A DNA stretch of 64,000 bases, taken from the IMG/VR virus record IMGVR_UViG_3300020156_000448, positions 61,054 through 125,053 of that record; one strand, written 5' to 3'. Below, one piece after another: positions 1-10,619 of this stretch (position 1 is the stretch's first letter; each line of letters opens with the position of its first letter). A program made the position numbers and the translations under genes. Source of the stretch: a virus. Below the pieces are notes generated by a model that saw only the letters and a list, made by a program, of their open reading frames with translations, did not search any database and had not been told where the DNA came from.

Positions 1-361
1 TATAAGCGATGCAAGCTTCTAATCCCAACTTATCAGCAGTAGATACTGGCATAATCTGACCAAGGCTTGTAGTGCATGTTAATGCTTTAACTACCTTCCT
101 TGGGGGTTCACTGTACAGTGTTGCTTGTATAATGTGTCTAATATCATCGTAGCTTTCTGGAGGTCGCTCGTCAGCTAAATTGCTATCAAAAGCCACCTTA
201 ATGGCAGCTTCAACAACATCATAATTGTGCCCCTCGGTTAGCAATCTATGGGTAATTTGCTCAGCATTATAATCAACTTGTAGCTCTTTTACCTTAGCCA
301 CAACAGAGCGAACCATATCTTGCTTCCTTTTCGAGAGTACTTTCATTAATTGTTCGTACAT
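1..361 (-). CDS. Hypothetical protein, truncated by the window edge (MYEQLMKVLSKRKQDMVRSVV...)
   Basis: Translated by hand: ATG at 361 with an open frame running to position 1; co-oriented with the upstream genes. Not in the ORF track. Confidence 0.7.
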   Translation of the reverse strand, partial: MYEQLMKVLSKRKQDMVRSVVAKVKELQVDYNAEQITHRLLTEGHNYDVVEAAIKVAFDSNLADERPPESYDDIRHIIQATLYSEPPRKVVKALTCTTSLGQIMPVSTADKLGLEACIAY

Positions 362-387
362 AGCAGTTTACGTCTTTAAGCTTCAGT

Positions 388-1344
388 TTAGTAAGCTTGG
401 GCACCAAGTCCTATAATCTGATCTTGATTCAACTGCGCCTCATATACAAACCCGCCTTTAGCTCTTCCAAGGCGATCTTGAGTAATACCCACAAGCAATC
501 CGTTTCTGTTCGCTTTAACAACTGTGCCTCTTACAGGCATTCCATCTGCTTCGTACCATTCGAGGTTGCTACCAATAGTGATATCCAAGCCTCTAGCATC
601 TTTATACGACAATTTAGATATATCTATGTAATCATCTTCTGTTTGCCATTCAATTGAGCAATTTTCATTACGAGCAAACTTAATTAAGGGATCATTTGGA
701 TTAACTGTTGCCACTGTGCCAATTCCGCCTTCAGGTGTCCACTCATACATGATGACATCATTTCTAGTAAAATTACCTGAAGCTGCAACTACAGCGTTCC
801 AGGCGCTTCCATCCTCTAGATTGCCTTTAAGGGACGCATATACAGTTCCCTTATTATGCCAAATTCCGCCCTCTTCGCTAAGGTTCATACCTTTGTTTTT
901 AATATATTCATATGTATTGGCAATGACATGCTGAAGCAATTCCTGAGAAACAAATCTGGAAGAACCACACTCGCAAGTAAATCCCTTTTGGAGATTTGCA
1001 CGCTTGTAGTTATCTCCGCAACCTGCGCATTCAAACAATTTATCATTCTTATCTTCGTGAGCGCGTTTAATTTCATCTGTTGCAGTTACGGCAGTGCCAC
1101 AATGATCGCATAGACCTTGACACTGATTAATTAAATAATCTTTAGTAAACATTTTACTGCAAGCTTCGCAAACGAAATCTGCATACTTAGACATCTCCGC
1201 TCTACTTTGCATCAAATTGGCTTCTCTGCGCTTATTAGCAAGCTTCTCGGTTAAGTCATTCAACCATGACCTGTCACCATCACGCTTATTTACAAGGCTA
1301 TAATCATGGTGTTCCATAGATTTTTCCTCCAGGTTTTTATGCAA
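388..1344 (-). CDS. Hypothetical protein with multiple CxxC zinc-ribbon motifs (probable start ATG at 1317)
   Basis: CEAC, CDHC, CAGC and CEC motifs; GGAGGA Shine-Dalgarno upstream of the MEHHDY start. Confidence 0.7.
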   Translation of the reverse strand: MHKNLEEKSMEHHDYSLVNKRDGDRSWLNDLTEKLANKRREANLMQSRAEMSKYADFVCEACSKMFTKDYLINQCQGLCDHCGTAVTATDEIKRAHEDKNDKLFECAGCGDNYKRANLQKGFTCECGSSRFVSQELLQHVIANTYEYIKNKGMNLSEEGGIWHNKGTVYASLKGNLEDGSAWNAVVAASGNFTRNDVIMYEWTPEGGIGTVATVNPNDPLIKFARNENCSIEWQTEDDYIDISKLSYKDARGLDITIGSNLEWYEADGMPVRGTVVKANRNGLLVGITQDRLGRAKGGFVYEAQLNQDQIIGLGAQAY

Positions 1345-1385
1345 TAAATCTTCAAATGATTTTTACTAAAGTCCTTTTATTAGTA

Positions 1386-1706
1386 TTAAAATTCATTATC
1401 ATACAATGCATTAGCTAAGTACTTATTTATAATCAACTTGGGCATTTCTGTTTCAATATGCCTTTTTATATTCTGTGAGAAGGTATAATTTCTAAGATCA
1501 GAGTTATATACACCGTCACAAAACAAAATATAGGAGTCATTTACCAAATCTTCAAAATAAGATTCGACTTCGAACTTTACCACATTAATCATAATTATCT
1601 TTTTAATGATTGGAAAATAATGATCCCACAGCTTATTAATCGCATTAGTATCATTATCTTCTTGAGCTAAATATACAAGATAATTAAGATTCTTCTGGGA
1701 AAGCAT
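1386..1706 (-). CDS. Stand-alone sigma-70 region 1.2/2-like small protein
   Basis: LVYLAQEDNDTNAINKLWDHYFPIIKKI...FEDLVNDSYILFCDGVYN resembles the sigma region 2 helices; no region 4. Confidence 0.5.
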   Translation of the reverse strand: MLSQKNLNYLVYLAQEDNDTNAINKLWDHYFPIIKKIIMINVVKFEVESYFEDLVNDSYILFCDGVYNSDLRNYTFSQNIKRHIETEMPKLIINKYLANALYDNEF

Positions 1707-2226
1707 CCTTTACCACATCCTTAAGAGCTTGCAGGTCTATGGAGCCATATCTCTTTATTCCCCAAAATAATAAGCCTAGTGCATCGGCTTCATCTTCGCT
1801 CTCAATTTTCTTATTAAAATTAGTCTTTGCAGCCGCAATCATATCTTGCTTAGAAGCGCCACCATCTCCTGTTGCAGACAATTTAATTGTTGTTGGAGAT
1901 ATTCCCTGATATAAAATATTATTAACTGTACAGAATCGTTTTACAATCCCTTGAAGTTCACCTTGCACTATTAGTGCACGAGACTGGGTTTTACTTCCCT
2001 TACTTCGAGCGCATTCAAATAAAACCAGATCAATGCCTAGCTCCAGCATTTCGTTAAGGTTAGCTTCCATTCTAAGAAGGCGCATGTCCTTACTTTCATC
2101 TAATTTTATCTTACCGCAATCCCACGCTCCGCTTTTGACTTTCTTAGGACTAGCTGAATCCCAATATGCCCAACCCGTGGTCGATGCAACATCTAAACAT
2201 AGAAGCTTCAATATAATATCCCTCAC
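1684..2226 (-). CDS. ruvC: Holliday junction resolvase, RuvC family
   Basis: LCLDVASTTGWA (first Asp), VLFE, SPTTIKLSATGDGGASKQDM, and DEADALGL. Confidence 0.9.
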   Translation of the reverse strand: MRDIILKLLCLDVASTTGWAYWDSASPKKVKSGAWDCGKIKLDESKDMRLLRMEANLNEMLELGIDLVLFECARSKGSKTQSRALIVQGELQGIVKRFCTVNNILYQGISPTTIKLSATGDGGASKQDMIAAAKTNFNKKIESEDEADALGLLFWGIKRYGSIDLQALKDVVKDAFPEES

Positions 2227-2279
2227 TAATAGTGTATATAGATATTATACTATATTTTTACTGCATTAGACCTATTTGA

Positions 2280-2567
2280 TTAATCTTCTGGCTCTTTAAC
2301 TCTGAGTGTCCATTTATAAATCGAGCCATAATCACAGGTATCGCATCCATGACTATGTTCTCTATCAGGCTCTTCAAAATCGGCAGTTTTAAATAACTGC
2401 GATAATGCAATAATTGTTTTTGTCTTAAGCGGACAATATTCATACATTCTTTGTGCAGATATTGTTACATAACCATTATCTCTAATAATTTTTAATTCGG
2501 TGGATTCAATGTCGTAACTATGTAAACCGTCAAAAATGATATTTTTTATTTGTTCGTCAGTAATCAT
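2280..2567 (-). CDS. Hypothetical phage-type protein with a GCDTCDYG motif
   Basis: 95-aa ORF in operon context; CxxC motif. Confidence 0.65.
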   Translation of the reverse strand: MITDEQIKNIIFDGLHSYDIESTELKIIRDNGYVTISAQRMYEYCPLKTKTIIALSQLFKTADFEEPDREHSHGCDTCDYGSIYKWTLRVKEPED

Positions 2568-2578
2568 CTTATTTCTTT

Positions 2579-3655
2579 CTAATTTAATAATAGAGAATGC
2601 TGTTGTTGACCATAAAACATAAACAAAAACTCAAGCAATAACTGATATCGGCGTTCATTGGAAAGATTTTCTTTTCTTCCTAAAAGCTGAGCGTCACCCA
2701 AAAACCTATACATTAAGACAAGTTGATCCATTTGCTTTGATCTAGCCACGTTGCACGCAATTTTTAACACAAAAGGGTGGGGTGGGGTGATTCCTTCCTG
2801 CCCATATTCAATTGCATCTTGCTTTATTGCATCTCTAATTGAAGTTGCGTCATGATATCCAATATCCATATACTTCTTCATTAAAATCCATGTTCTAGCC
2901 TTGATTAATAAATTATGAAATATTAACTCTGGATGGACTTCACGCTCTCGAATTAGAGCATTTAAAATTGTTAGACTTTTGTTGAAATTACCGTCCTCAA
3001 GAGAGGAGATGAAACTAAAAATAGAAACGTCAGAAACGTCAGGAATCAGAATTTCAACATCAGAAACTGAGATGGGTCTAGATACGGAATTATAACATAG
3101 CCTTAATTTTTCTAATTCTGAAACCAGTACGCCTATATTATATTTACAGCGTCTCAATAAAAAAGATACAACTATATTACTCTCAAACACAATCCCTAAA
3201 TTATTAATTCTGTCACCAACCCATGACTCGGCAAAATCGACAGCTTCTCCATTTAGTTTTCCATACTCATTTATTGGAGAAACACATTCTATAGATTGTC
3301 CTTCTTTATTGAAAGCCTTATAGAACTTCGTAGTTTTTTCAACTGAATCAGAACTAACTATAAAATATAGATTCTTATTTTTAGAGATGGTTTCAAGCGC
3401 TTTTACTATTAGTTCTTTTTGAGAAGAAGTAGGATTGGAAAGAAGCACAATCCTCTTTCCTCCCAATCCCATAGATCGAAATAAGTTGATTAATATTTCA
3501 TCTTCTATTTCTTTACCTTCAATTCTTCTCTTTACAAGATTGTTATCTCCAGATAAATTTTTAATTAAATCATCCTTACAAACTTGCATCAACAGCGGAT
3601 CGCCATGAACTAAAAAATAGTTTTTAGTTCCATGTTCCATATGGTTCAATACCAA
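2579..3655 (-). CDS. holA: DNA polymerase III delta subunit-like (clamp loader)
   Basis: N-terminal YFLVHGD, SELEKLRL, ISVSDVEILI...SIFSFISSL and C-terminal HPFVLK pattern typical of HolA; near dnaN and dnaX. Confidence 0.8.
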   Translation of the reverse strand: MVLNHMEHGTKNYFLVHGDPLLMQVCKDDLIKNLSGDNNLVKRRIEGKEIEDEILINLFRSMGLGGKRIVLLSNPTSSQKELIVKALETISKNKNLYFIVSSDSVEKTTKFYKAFNKEGQSIECVSPINEYGKLNGEAVDFAESWVGDRINNLGIVFESNIVVSFLLRRCKYNIGVLVSELEKLRLCYNSVSRPISVSDVEILIPDVSDVSIFSFISSLEDGNFNKSLTILNALIREREVHPELIFHNLLIKARTWILMKKYMDIGYHDATSIRDAIKQDAIEYGQEGITPPHPFVLKIACNVARSKQMDQLVLMYRFLGDAQLLGRKENLSNERRYQLLLEFLFMFYGQQQHSLLLN

Positions 3656-4460
3656 CCTCTACTAACTTGCGGTGCTGAATCCAGCCACCTGAAAAGTTTC
3701 CTGATTTCGTATCTTCAGTATAAGCCATTGCTTGATGCTCAAATGGTGAAGCATGCTGGGGTTCACTAGCCATAAGGCGCTTGCAGATATTTAAGTCTTG
3801 TTCCCATTTAGAGCGTTGTCCGTCATGATAATAATAAGATACTCTAGCACATCTACCAGCACTGATTCTCACTTTCTCAATCACTTCTAATTCTTCTTCA
3901 TCAGGCAAAATGTAAGGAATATGCCACTCTCCAGGATGAAGCACCTGAGGAACACTTTGATCATACAAGATATGCATTTTACGAGCAATATCACTTATCT
4001 CTGGCTGTGCATCAGCATGATCTCTTAGCTTAAAAAAGTTTTCAAAATCAGTAGCAGTTACTACGACATTAGCTGCAAGCCAAGGTTCGATCAATCTATT
4101 GCATACTTGTTTATGCAATCCAATTTTCTCTAAAGTCCAATGACTTAAACATACTGCCCTAGAGGTTAGTTTCCAGATAAGCTTTGCAATAATTAAGTGG
4201 ATTCCACTCAACTCTTCTTGCGCCTGCATACCCTTTTGGTTCTTACCCCAATGAACAGGCATAAAAGGCGTTTTAAGCACCATTTCTCGCATCTTCTTAG
4301 CTGGAACGGCTCTAGAGCTTGCTGCGTTTCTAGAAAACTGTCTATGCGTATTCCATTCAGCAAGTAAAAGCTTCCAAAGACTCACCTGAAAGGTGGTGAT
4401 TCTTTTGCCAGTGACTGAATTAATTGAGTCACAAATAATTTTAACGTCATCAAAATCCAA
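3624..4460 (-). CDS. thyX: Flavin-dependent thymidylate synthase (phage type)
   Basis: EWNTHRQFSRNAASSRA signature, NFFKLR, AQPEI and HASPFEH. Confidence 0.9.
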   Translation of the reverse strand: MDFDDVKIICDSINSVTGKRITTFQVSLWKLLLAEWNTHRQFSRNAASSRAVPAKKMREMVLKTPFMPVHWGKNQKGMQAQEELSGIHLIIAKLIWKLTSRAVCLSHWTLEKIGLHKQVCNRLIEPWLAANVVVTATDFENFFKLRDHADAQPEISDIARKMHILYDQSVPQVLHPGEWHIPYILPDEEELEVIEKVRISAGRCARVSYYYHDGQRSKWEQDLNICKRLMASEPQHASPFEHQAMAYTEDTKSGNFSGGWIQHRKLVEVGIEPYGTWN

Positions 4461-4496
4461 ACTAATATTCTCCTATCTTGTATACATGTATATAAC

Positions 4497-6605
4497 TTAT
4501 TTATTTGACATATCTTGCTTGAAGTCTTTTATTAAATTCAAAAAGCAATCACCATAGCTAGGCTCTTTGTCATAATCATCGCCTTCGTGATTTGTAATAT
4601 ATGGTTCAATTTGAGAATCCTCGTACCATTCATTATAACTTGTTACGAGAAGAACCTTTTGGTTTCCATAAAAGAATTGTTTTGCCCATTGGTAGTAAGA
4701 TTTAAAAAATTCACCATCTTCAGCGGCTATAGGATAATGATTTTTAATGCTGCGGACAGCCGAATCATCATACCTCGGCATAATCGTAGGAGCTACAAGA
4801 GTCGCCGCATCTTTTGCCAATTGCAGAAAGTCTCTATATGGAGTATTTATAAATTCTAAATAGTTTTTACCAGTATAGAAATTATTTTCACAAACATCTC
4901 CAGGAATATACATATTATATCCATATATTGCATCTAGATTTAAAAGCCTGTTTAAGGCATTGGGTTTTTTGTCCCACCATATTTCATCTCCAAATATATA
5001 TAAATCTGGTATTCCTGATTCTGCCGCTAGTTTTCTAATCGATACAACTTCTTCTAAGCTTCCTTGGATTGCCCTTGATGCATAGAAAAATATCACAGGC
5101 TTCTCATCCATCCTAAACCATATGCTATCTCCCAAGAGAGGAGATAAAAATCTAAAGGCTTTCTTAAAATGTTCATAGAAATTATTATTAACGTTTACGG
5201 GATCGCCAAATACGTTTGTAAGTTCATAATGAACGCAAATTTTAAAATCTTTTTTCTTGGCGGCAGCAGCCATGACACTTAAAAAGTAATTACTGTATTC
5301 TGAACCATCATATGATACAATAAAGAAGTTAATTCCAGAACTAGAAGCCTGATCAATATGAGCTTCAATCGTGCGCTCATCAAGACTGCGATACCAACCT
5401 AATTCTGGACTCCCTCCATACTTCTTATACCTTGCACACGAAGCTCTCCAATCATTTTCCTTATACCAGCCGTAGTAAAAAGCGCCAACAAGATTCCCTG
5501 TTGGCGCTTCACTAAAATCTTCACGTACTCGTCTGGTTCGATAGAGATATTTTACTTTAACGCTTCGTTGCAAGGCGTCATTAAATACGCCTAAATGATT
5601 TTGTAGTACATTAATTCCATTTATATGCACACCATATACATCTATGTGAATTCTGTCAAAAGTAGAAGATTTAAAATGGGATAGTGGAATTTCACTCCAA
5701 CTATTAGTTTCACGCATATGAATACCAATGTGATAACTATTTTTGTTAGATATATGCATCACAGGTTCGTTATGTTCGTTTAGAAGATATACTATTGGAT
5801 CATCATGAGAAGTGTCCACAGTCTCATAAGCGAATCCAGAAAACATATCAACTTCTTTATATGAGTTTTCCACTGGCAACTTGTATCCTTCCATGCCTCC
5901 CACATCTGCATGAGTTACTTTTAAATTCATTAACCCATACAACTTAAAACCTTTATCTCTTGCCGATTGAGAGAAAGCTATTCCATCTGGAATGTCTTCA
6001 TCAGCTTCAAAATAATTACATCCTGCTTCGATTACTTCTCGCTTACAAAAGAAAGCTCCATCAACACAAGAAAGCTCTAAGATAGAATCATTTGGATTTT
6101 TTTCAGCAAGCTCTTTGAAATTCAAACCTTCATGTCCGCTGGTGAGGTCATATAGAACATCATTTGGAAGATAGGTAGGTGCCATCATAATATGCTTATC
6201 ATGAGATAAAGCAACATTAATGAAATCTTGTGGAATTTCAGTAAAATCACTATCTATAATCCAATAGTAATCTTCGTAGCCGTAATGATTACTCATTACA
6301 TGCTGGCGCAACGTCTTAAACGCTTTGCATCTCTCTGCCTGAACCTCTGGAATATGGCGCTTCTCATGAAGAAGGTGAAAGCCGATGTCTTTCTTTTCAA
6401 ATACAACTCGCTTATATCCCTTGAGAGAAGGTAATATATCTGAGACAATATACTCATATGATCCATCAACGCTATCGTTTTCCAATATGGATAAAGATAT
6501 TAATTGTCTTGGATAGTCAAGTTTATTAATTTGATCAAATAAATTACGAAGATATTTTTTGGTATTCTTTACCTGAACACAAATAAATACTGTTTTGCCC
6601 GACAT
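4497..6605 (-). CDS. Fusion of an ANP1/GT62-like GT-A glycosyltransferase with a GH99-like glycoside hydrolase
   Basis: N-terminal LDYPRQLISLSILENDS...WIIDSD (DxD); C-terminal VGAFYYGWY, PELGWYRS, IEAHIDQA and TSYNEWYEDSQIEP (GH99 ExxE motif). Confidence 0.75.
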   Translation of the reverse strand: MSGKTVFICVQVKNTKKYLRNLFDQINKLDYPRQLISLSILENDSVDGSYEYIVSDILPSLKGYKRVVFEKKDIGFHLLHEKRHIPEVQAERCKAFKTLRQHVMSNHYGYEDYYWIIDSDFTEIPQDFINVALSHDKHIMMAPTYLPNDVLYDLTSGHEGLNFKELAEKNPNDSILELSCVDGAFFCKREVIEAGCNYFEADEDIPDGIAFSQSARDKGFKLYGLMNLKVTHADVGGMEGYKLPVENSYKEVDMFSGFAYETVDTSHDDPIVYLLNEHNEPVMHISNKNSYHIGIHMRETNSWSEIPLSHFKSSTFDRIHIDVYGVHINGINVLQNHLGVFNDALQRSVKVKYLYRTRRVREDFSEAPTGNLVGAFYYGWYKENDWRASCARYKKYGGSPELGWYRSLDERTIEAHIDQASSSGINFFIVSYDGSEYSNYFLSVMAAAAKKKDFKICVHYELTNVFGDPVNVNNNFYEHFKKAFRFLSPLLGDSIWFRMDEKPVIFFYASRAIQGSLEEVVSIRKLAAESGIPDLYIFGDEIWWDKKPNALNRLLNLDAIYGYNMYIPGDVCENNFYTGKNYLEFINTPYRDFLQLAKDAATLVAPTIMPRYDDSAVRSIKNHYPIAAEDGEFFKSYYQWAKQFFYGNQKVLLVTSYNEWYEDSQIEPYITNHEGDDYDKEPSYGDCFLNLIKDFKQDMSNK

Positions 6606-6608
6606 TTA

Positions 6609-7763
6609 CTAAGCCTCGCTTAAAAGTCCTACTAAACTGGCGAATGAATTATCCATAATGATTTTAAGAGGAGCTTCGCCATTTAAATCAAAGAATATTT
6701 CTACGTCTTCGCCTTCAACATTGTTTAACACATCAAGAATATATTGGGTATTAGTAGCAAAACTAGCTGTTCCGTTTATGCTCGCTGGAATCATCTCGTC
6801 GCCGCCTCCAACTGCTCCATAATCACCGAAACGAGCATCTGATCCAAGAGAAAGAGTTTGTTCATCTCCATTGAAAATCCATGAAGAAACAGGGGAAGAG
6901 TTCATGGTATTCTTTAGTGCAGATACAAGATCATCTTTGTTGACTGTAGCTCCGTTTGCGTACTCTCTATTGATATTAGTTTTCCAGTCAGGATAATTGG
7001 CAGCTAACTGGCGAGAATAAAACTTCATCATGGACTGCTTTACCATAATAATTTTTCCATCAGTAGCTATTTCTAAAGGGTTAATATCATCAAGCAGAGA
7101 TATCATTTCTTTTGCCCAAGCATTAAAGAAATAAAATACTCCATCTCCTTCCAAATAGCCAGGGGTGCCAATAGTGAAAGCAATTCTCTCTTCGTCACTT
7201 CCTACAGCGCATAATTCTCCATTAAAAGATTCAATTTTAATATTAGTTAACTCTAACTGATCTTGTTGCTTATAGGTAGCAAACTCGGTTTTCTTAATTA
7301 CCTTTTTAAAAAAAGAAGGCTCCATCTTTACGACTTTAATTTCATCGGAGAATCTAAAATCCCCCATTAAGAAACCCTCTACATTACTGCAAGGAACCCA
7401 ATAAGAAAGCTTCCTGCCATTACCTTTAGCAGCCTCAAGAACAAAGCGCTGGCTTATCAATTCCCCTTGTTGCTTCTCTTCAGCAAGAGAAACTTCAATG
7501 TTGGTATCGGGATAGCCTTTTATAAGATCAACCAGCTTTTGTCCCAAAACGCAACAAGAACCATTTTCCTCAATGGTAAGATAATTACCTATAGGTATAG
7601 TATAGTCTATCTTAATGTTCATATCGGTTGCTACCATGCGAAGACCTTCTGCGGTAGCTTCATGATAGATAAACCTGTAAATGCTATCTTCAGTACGGTG
7701 GAGTGCTCGACGCATTTTGTCGAGCACTCCACTATATACTGACTTATCAATGATAAACCGCAT
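6609..7763 (-). CDS. dnaN: DNA polymerase III beta sliding clamp
   Basis: MRFII, LRMVATDM, AVGSDEERIA, SRQLAANYPDW and NTQYILDVL; 384 aa. Confidence 0.9.
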   Translation of the reverse strand: MRFIIDKSVYSGVLDKMRRALHRTEDSIYRFIYHEATAEGLRMVATDMNIKIDYTIPIGNYLTIEENGSCCVLGQKLVDLIKGYPDTNIEVSLAEEKQQGELISQRFVLEAAKGNGRKLSYWVPCSNVEGFLMGDFRFSDEIKVVKMEPSFFKKVIKKTEFATYKQQDQLELTNIKIESFNGELCAVGSDEERIAFTIGTPGYLEGDGVFYFFNAWAKEMISLLDDINPLEIATDGKIIMVKQSMMKFYSRQLAANYPDWKTNINREYANGATVNKDDLVSALKNTMNSSPVSSWIFNGDEQTLSLGSDARFGDYGAVGGGDEMIPASINGTASFATNTQYILDVLNNVEGEDVEIFFDLNGEAPLKIIMDNSFASLVGLLSEA

Positions 7764-8263
7764 TACTCACCCACATCAATTTGAACACTTGCCATCTGGA
7801 AAACGTTCGTTAAGTATTCAATTCTATCCTCTACTGCACTAATGGTCTCATTAAGAACAGAGGGATCAAAGTTTGGTTCTATTTCAACATCATTAATAGG
7901 CTCATTGCTAAAAGAATCGTAATAATCATTTCGAACCCTCTTGAGGCGCGAAATAAAAGCAATATTAGCATCTAGCGTAAGCTTAACTTCTTTTAATGTT
8001 ACTCTCTTAGCTTCACCATCGTTAGCATCTTCAATATCTACAAGGTTGGACAATAAGGCTCGCTCAGCAAGAACGAGTAAATCTGTCTTTTCTTTTGAAA
8101 GTTCTAAATACTCACCCTGTAAATCCTCAAAGCTAATTTCTGGATTGCTTCCCTTAGCTACAAACGCCAGTTTGTCTGCGACATAGGTATTATCTGCTAT
8201 TTTATCTTCTATATTTTGCAGTCTAATATAAAGTTGATTTAAAGTCATTTTACTGTTCACCAA
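7763..8263 (-). CDS. Helical hypothetical protein (weak DIP1984-family-like pattern)
   Basis: [17 protein letters not shown]...VTLKEV; overlaps both neighbours, consistent with translational coupling. Confidence 0.55.
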   Translation of the reverse strand: MVNSKMTLNQLYIRLQNIEDKIADNTYVADKLAFVAKGSNPEISFEDLQGEYLELSKEKTDLLVLAERALLSNLVDIEDANDGEAKRVTLKEVKLTLDANIAFISRLKRVRNDYYDSFSNEPINDVEIEPNFDPSVLNETISAVEDRIEYLTNVFQMASVQIDVGE

Positions 8264-8843
8264 TTTTTGTAATTTGTTTATCGATGAGCTTGTATTCTAC
8301 GGCGTCCAAACTACTTAACCAATAATCTCTTTCACAGTCGGCATGAATTTTTTCATAAGGCTGACCGCTGTGATGAGACATAATCTGATAAAGACGTTCT
8401 TTAAGTCTAAGCATTTCTTTCAAATCAATTTCTGCATCTGTGGCAACGCCTCTAAAGCCGCCGCGAGGCTGATGGATCATAATTCTGCTGTTCGGCATTC
8501 CGAACCTTTTGCCAGCAGCACCAGCCGATAGCAATACCGCAGCCATAGAAGCAGCCTGACCGATACATACAGTAGATACATCTGATTTAATAGCCTGCAT
8601 TACATCATAAATAGCAAGACCTGCGGTAATCACACCACCTGGACTATTAATGTATAGATAAATATCTTTTCCTGGAGCATCTGCATCTAAGAAAAGCAAC
8701 TGTGCTACAATAGAATTTGCTAGATGATCATCGATAGGATCGCTTAACATAATGATTCTATCTTTTAAAAGTCTGCTATAAATGTCATAGCTACGCTCAG
8801 AGCGTTCAGTTTTTTCAATTACGAAAGGAATTGCGTTTCTCAC
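8250..8843 (-). CDS. clpP: ATP-dependent Clp protease proteolytic subunit
   Basis: [28 protein letters not shown] (catalytic Ser), IMIHQP (His) and ERDYW (Asp). Confidence 0.97.
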   Translation of the reverse strand: MRNAIPFVIEKTERSERSYDIYSRLLKDRIIMLSDPIDDHLANSIVAQLLFLDADAPGKDIYLYINSPGGVITAGLAIYDVMQAIKSDVSTVCIGQAASMAAVLLSAGAAGKRFGMPNSRIMIHQPRGGFRGVATDAEIDLKEMLRLKERLYQIMSHHSGQPYEKIHADCERDYWLSSLDAVEYKLIDKQITKIGEQ

Positions 8844-8855
8844 TATATCCCACTT

Positions 8856-9851
8856 CTATCTGTTTAAATAATCATGAACCTGTCTCTCGAAAGTAGAAAG
8901 CTCATATTGTTCTACCTCGTTCAGTGCTACTAAATTCAATTCTTTTCTCAAAGAATTAATAATATCAGCTAATTTGATATTTGTAGATTTAAAGCCAGCG
9001 GCTCCACGGTGTCCTCCACCGCCCATTCTAGTAGCGAATTTAGCTAAGTCCAGATCGTCGAGAGAAGTTTTTAGCGAAATATTACCACTTTTATGATAGT
9101 ATATAATAGCAGAGCAATAGTTGGATAAAACGGAAACTAAATGTTGACTATCTAACTTATAAGTTGGATCATAAGCCACACATATTTGACTATCATTATC
9201 CCAATAAACCTTCACGTTCTTAAATGCGTCCCATTCTTTTTTGGAACCCTGAACAGCAGTTTGCGTTACCAAATATTGAAGGCGTTCGTTCGTTATATCA
9301 ACTTGGGATATCGCTTGGGCTGATTCTAATCCCCAATATTGCAATCCAAGCGTATCTTTAATTATTCCTAATGCAAGTACATCATTTTTTAGTCTAAAGC
9401 TATTTACTAAAATAGAGCAGGTTGAGCCTGCTAATTCGAGATGCGTAGTGTGGTTAGGATTTCCCATTCTTATTACTGGGCTGGATGTGGTAACATCTGG
9501 GAAAGTTTCCCTAATCCTATGAATATGATGATCGATATTATATACGAAATGCCTATTTAAATCAATAGGGAAACCTGTCCTATTAGGAGAAGGCTCACAA
9601 TCTACTACATACAACAACTTTACTGATTGACAAAATGGATGTTTAGGCGTGGTGATAATTAAATCTTTATTTTCATCAACTAAAAAAGCAAGGTTCTTAG
9701 GGTGGTTAGGAAGAAAAATATATGCTTTCTTGCCTTGGGATATTAGATGTTTCGCAATTGCAATTGATGAACATAAGCAATCTGCATCAGGAGATAAATG
9801 ACCCATGATTAGCGCATCATCTTCCTTTAAATCGTACTTATAAAAACTCAT
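8856..9851 (-). CDS. DHH/DHHA1 phosphoesterase (NrnA-like)
   Basis: GHLSPDADC, VVDC, IDHH, KDT and GGGGHRGAAG motifs. Confidence 0.85.
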   Translation of the reverse strand: MSFYKYDLKEDDALIMGHLSPDADCLCSSIAIAKHLISQGKKAYIFLPNHPKNLAFLVDENKDLIITTPKHPFCQSVKLLYVVDCEPSPNRTGFPIDLNRHFVYNIDHHIHRIRETFPDVTTSSPVIRMGNPNHTTHLELAGSTCSILVNSFRLKNDVLALGIIKDTLGLQYWGLESAQAISQVDITNERLQYLVTQTAVQGSKKEWDAFKNVKVYWDNDSQICVAYDPTYKLDSQHLVSVLSNYCSAIIYYHKSGNISLKTSLDDLDLAKFATRMGGGGHRGAAGFKSTNIKLADIINSLRKELNLVALNEVEQYELSTFERQVHDYLNR

Positions 9852-9859
9852 TAAACTTC

Positions 9860-10222
9860 CTATTCTGGCAAGATCACCTGCATGCCGAATCGTAGCAACT
9901 TTTCATCAGAAATTCGATTACCTCCACAAACCCACTCGCCTTGGAGTCTGCCGCATTTATCACAATGGTTTCTCAATCCCATTTTCTGTCCACTGCTAGC
10001 CATCTTGCTCAAAAATTGAGATTGTTGAAATGTAAATTTTCTGGCTTCCAAATCTGCCGTAATTAAATTAGTGACCTTTTTAACAACTTCTCTAACATCA
10101 AAATCACCATCAAACTCATCCAGAGCGTCTGCTAAAGTGTATTCTTCGCCGTTGATATCGATGCTAATTTCAGCTAATTGATCTTCAATTATTTTACCAA
10201 TCTGCTGGGATAAGCGCTTCAT
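9860..10222 (-). CDS. Hypothetical protein
   Basis: 120-aa ORF in operon; CDKC motif. Confidence 0.6.
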   Translation of the reverse strand: MKRLSQQIGKIIEDQLAEISIDINGEEYTLADALDEFDGDFDVREVVKKVTNLITADLEARKFTFQQSQFLSKMASSGQKMGLRNHCDKCGRLQGEWVCGGNRISDEKLLRFGMQVILPE

Positions 10223-10225
10223 GTA

Positions 10226-10603
10226 TTACAAGCCTCTAATATTAATTTTAAGCTTACCATCCTGGGCATCCCCAAGTAATCTGGTAAGATTAATAGGTTG
10301 CTTTCTGGCTTTTTCTTCTGCCTCTGCATCTCTAACAACTACTCTATTAGTCGTCTCAGGAGCAACTGGATTACCTTCCATAGCCTGCTTTTCAAGCTCT
10401 GCTGTAATAGCGTCTTTCTTTACAACCACTACCGTTCCTGAACGGTTGCACTGACAACAGAAAATCTCTCTTCTTGGTCTCAAATTAACTGGTGTGCCGC
10501 CGCTATCTGTTTTAATGATGGTGTGAATTTCGAATTCCACGCTACCATTCCCACAATGCTGGCAATAATATTCATCTTGGCTTCCGAGAATTGGAATAGA
10601 CAT
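10226..10603 (-). CDS. Hypothetical zinc-ribbon protein
   Basis: CQHC...CCQC; AGGAG Shine-Dalgarno. Confidence 0.65.
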   Translation of the reverse strand: MSIPILGSQDEYYCQHCGNGSVEFEIHTIIKTDSGGTPVNLRPRREIFCCQCNRSGTVVVVKKDAITAELEKQAMEGNPVAPETTNRVVVRDAEAEEKARKQPINLTRLLGDAQDGKLKINIRGL

Positions 10604-10619
10604 TTGTTGCTCCTATATA

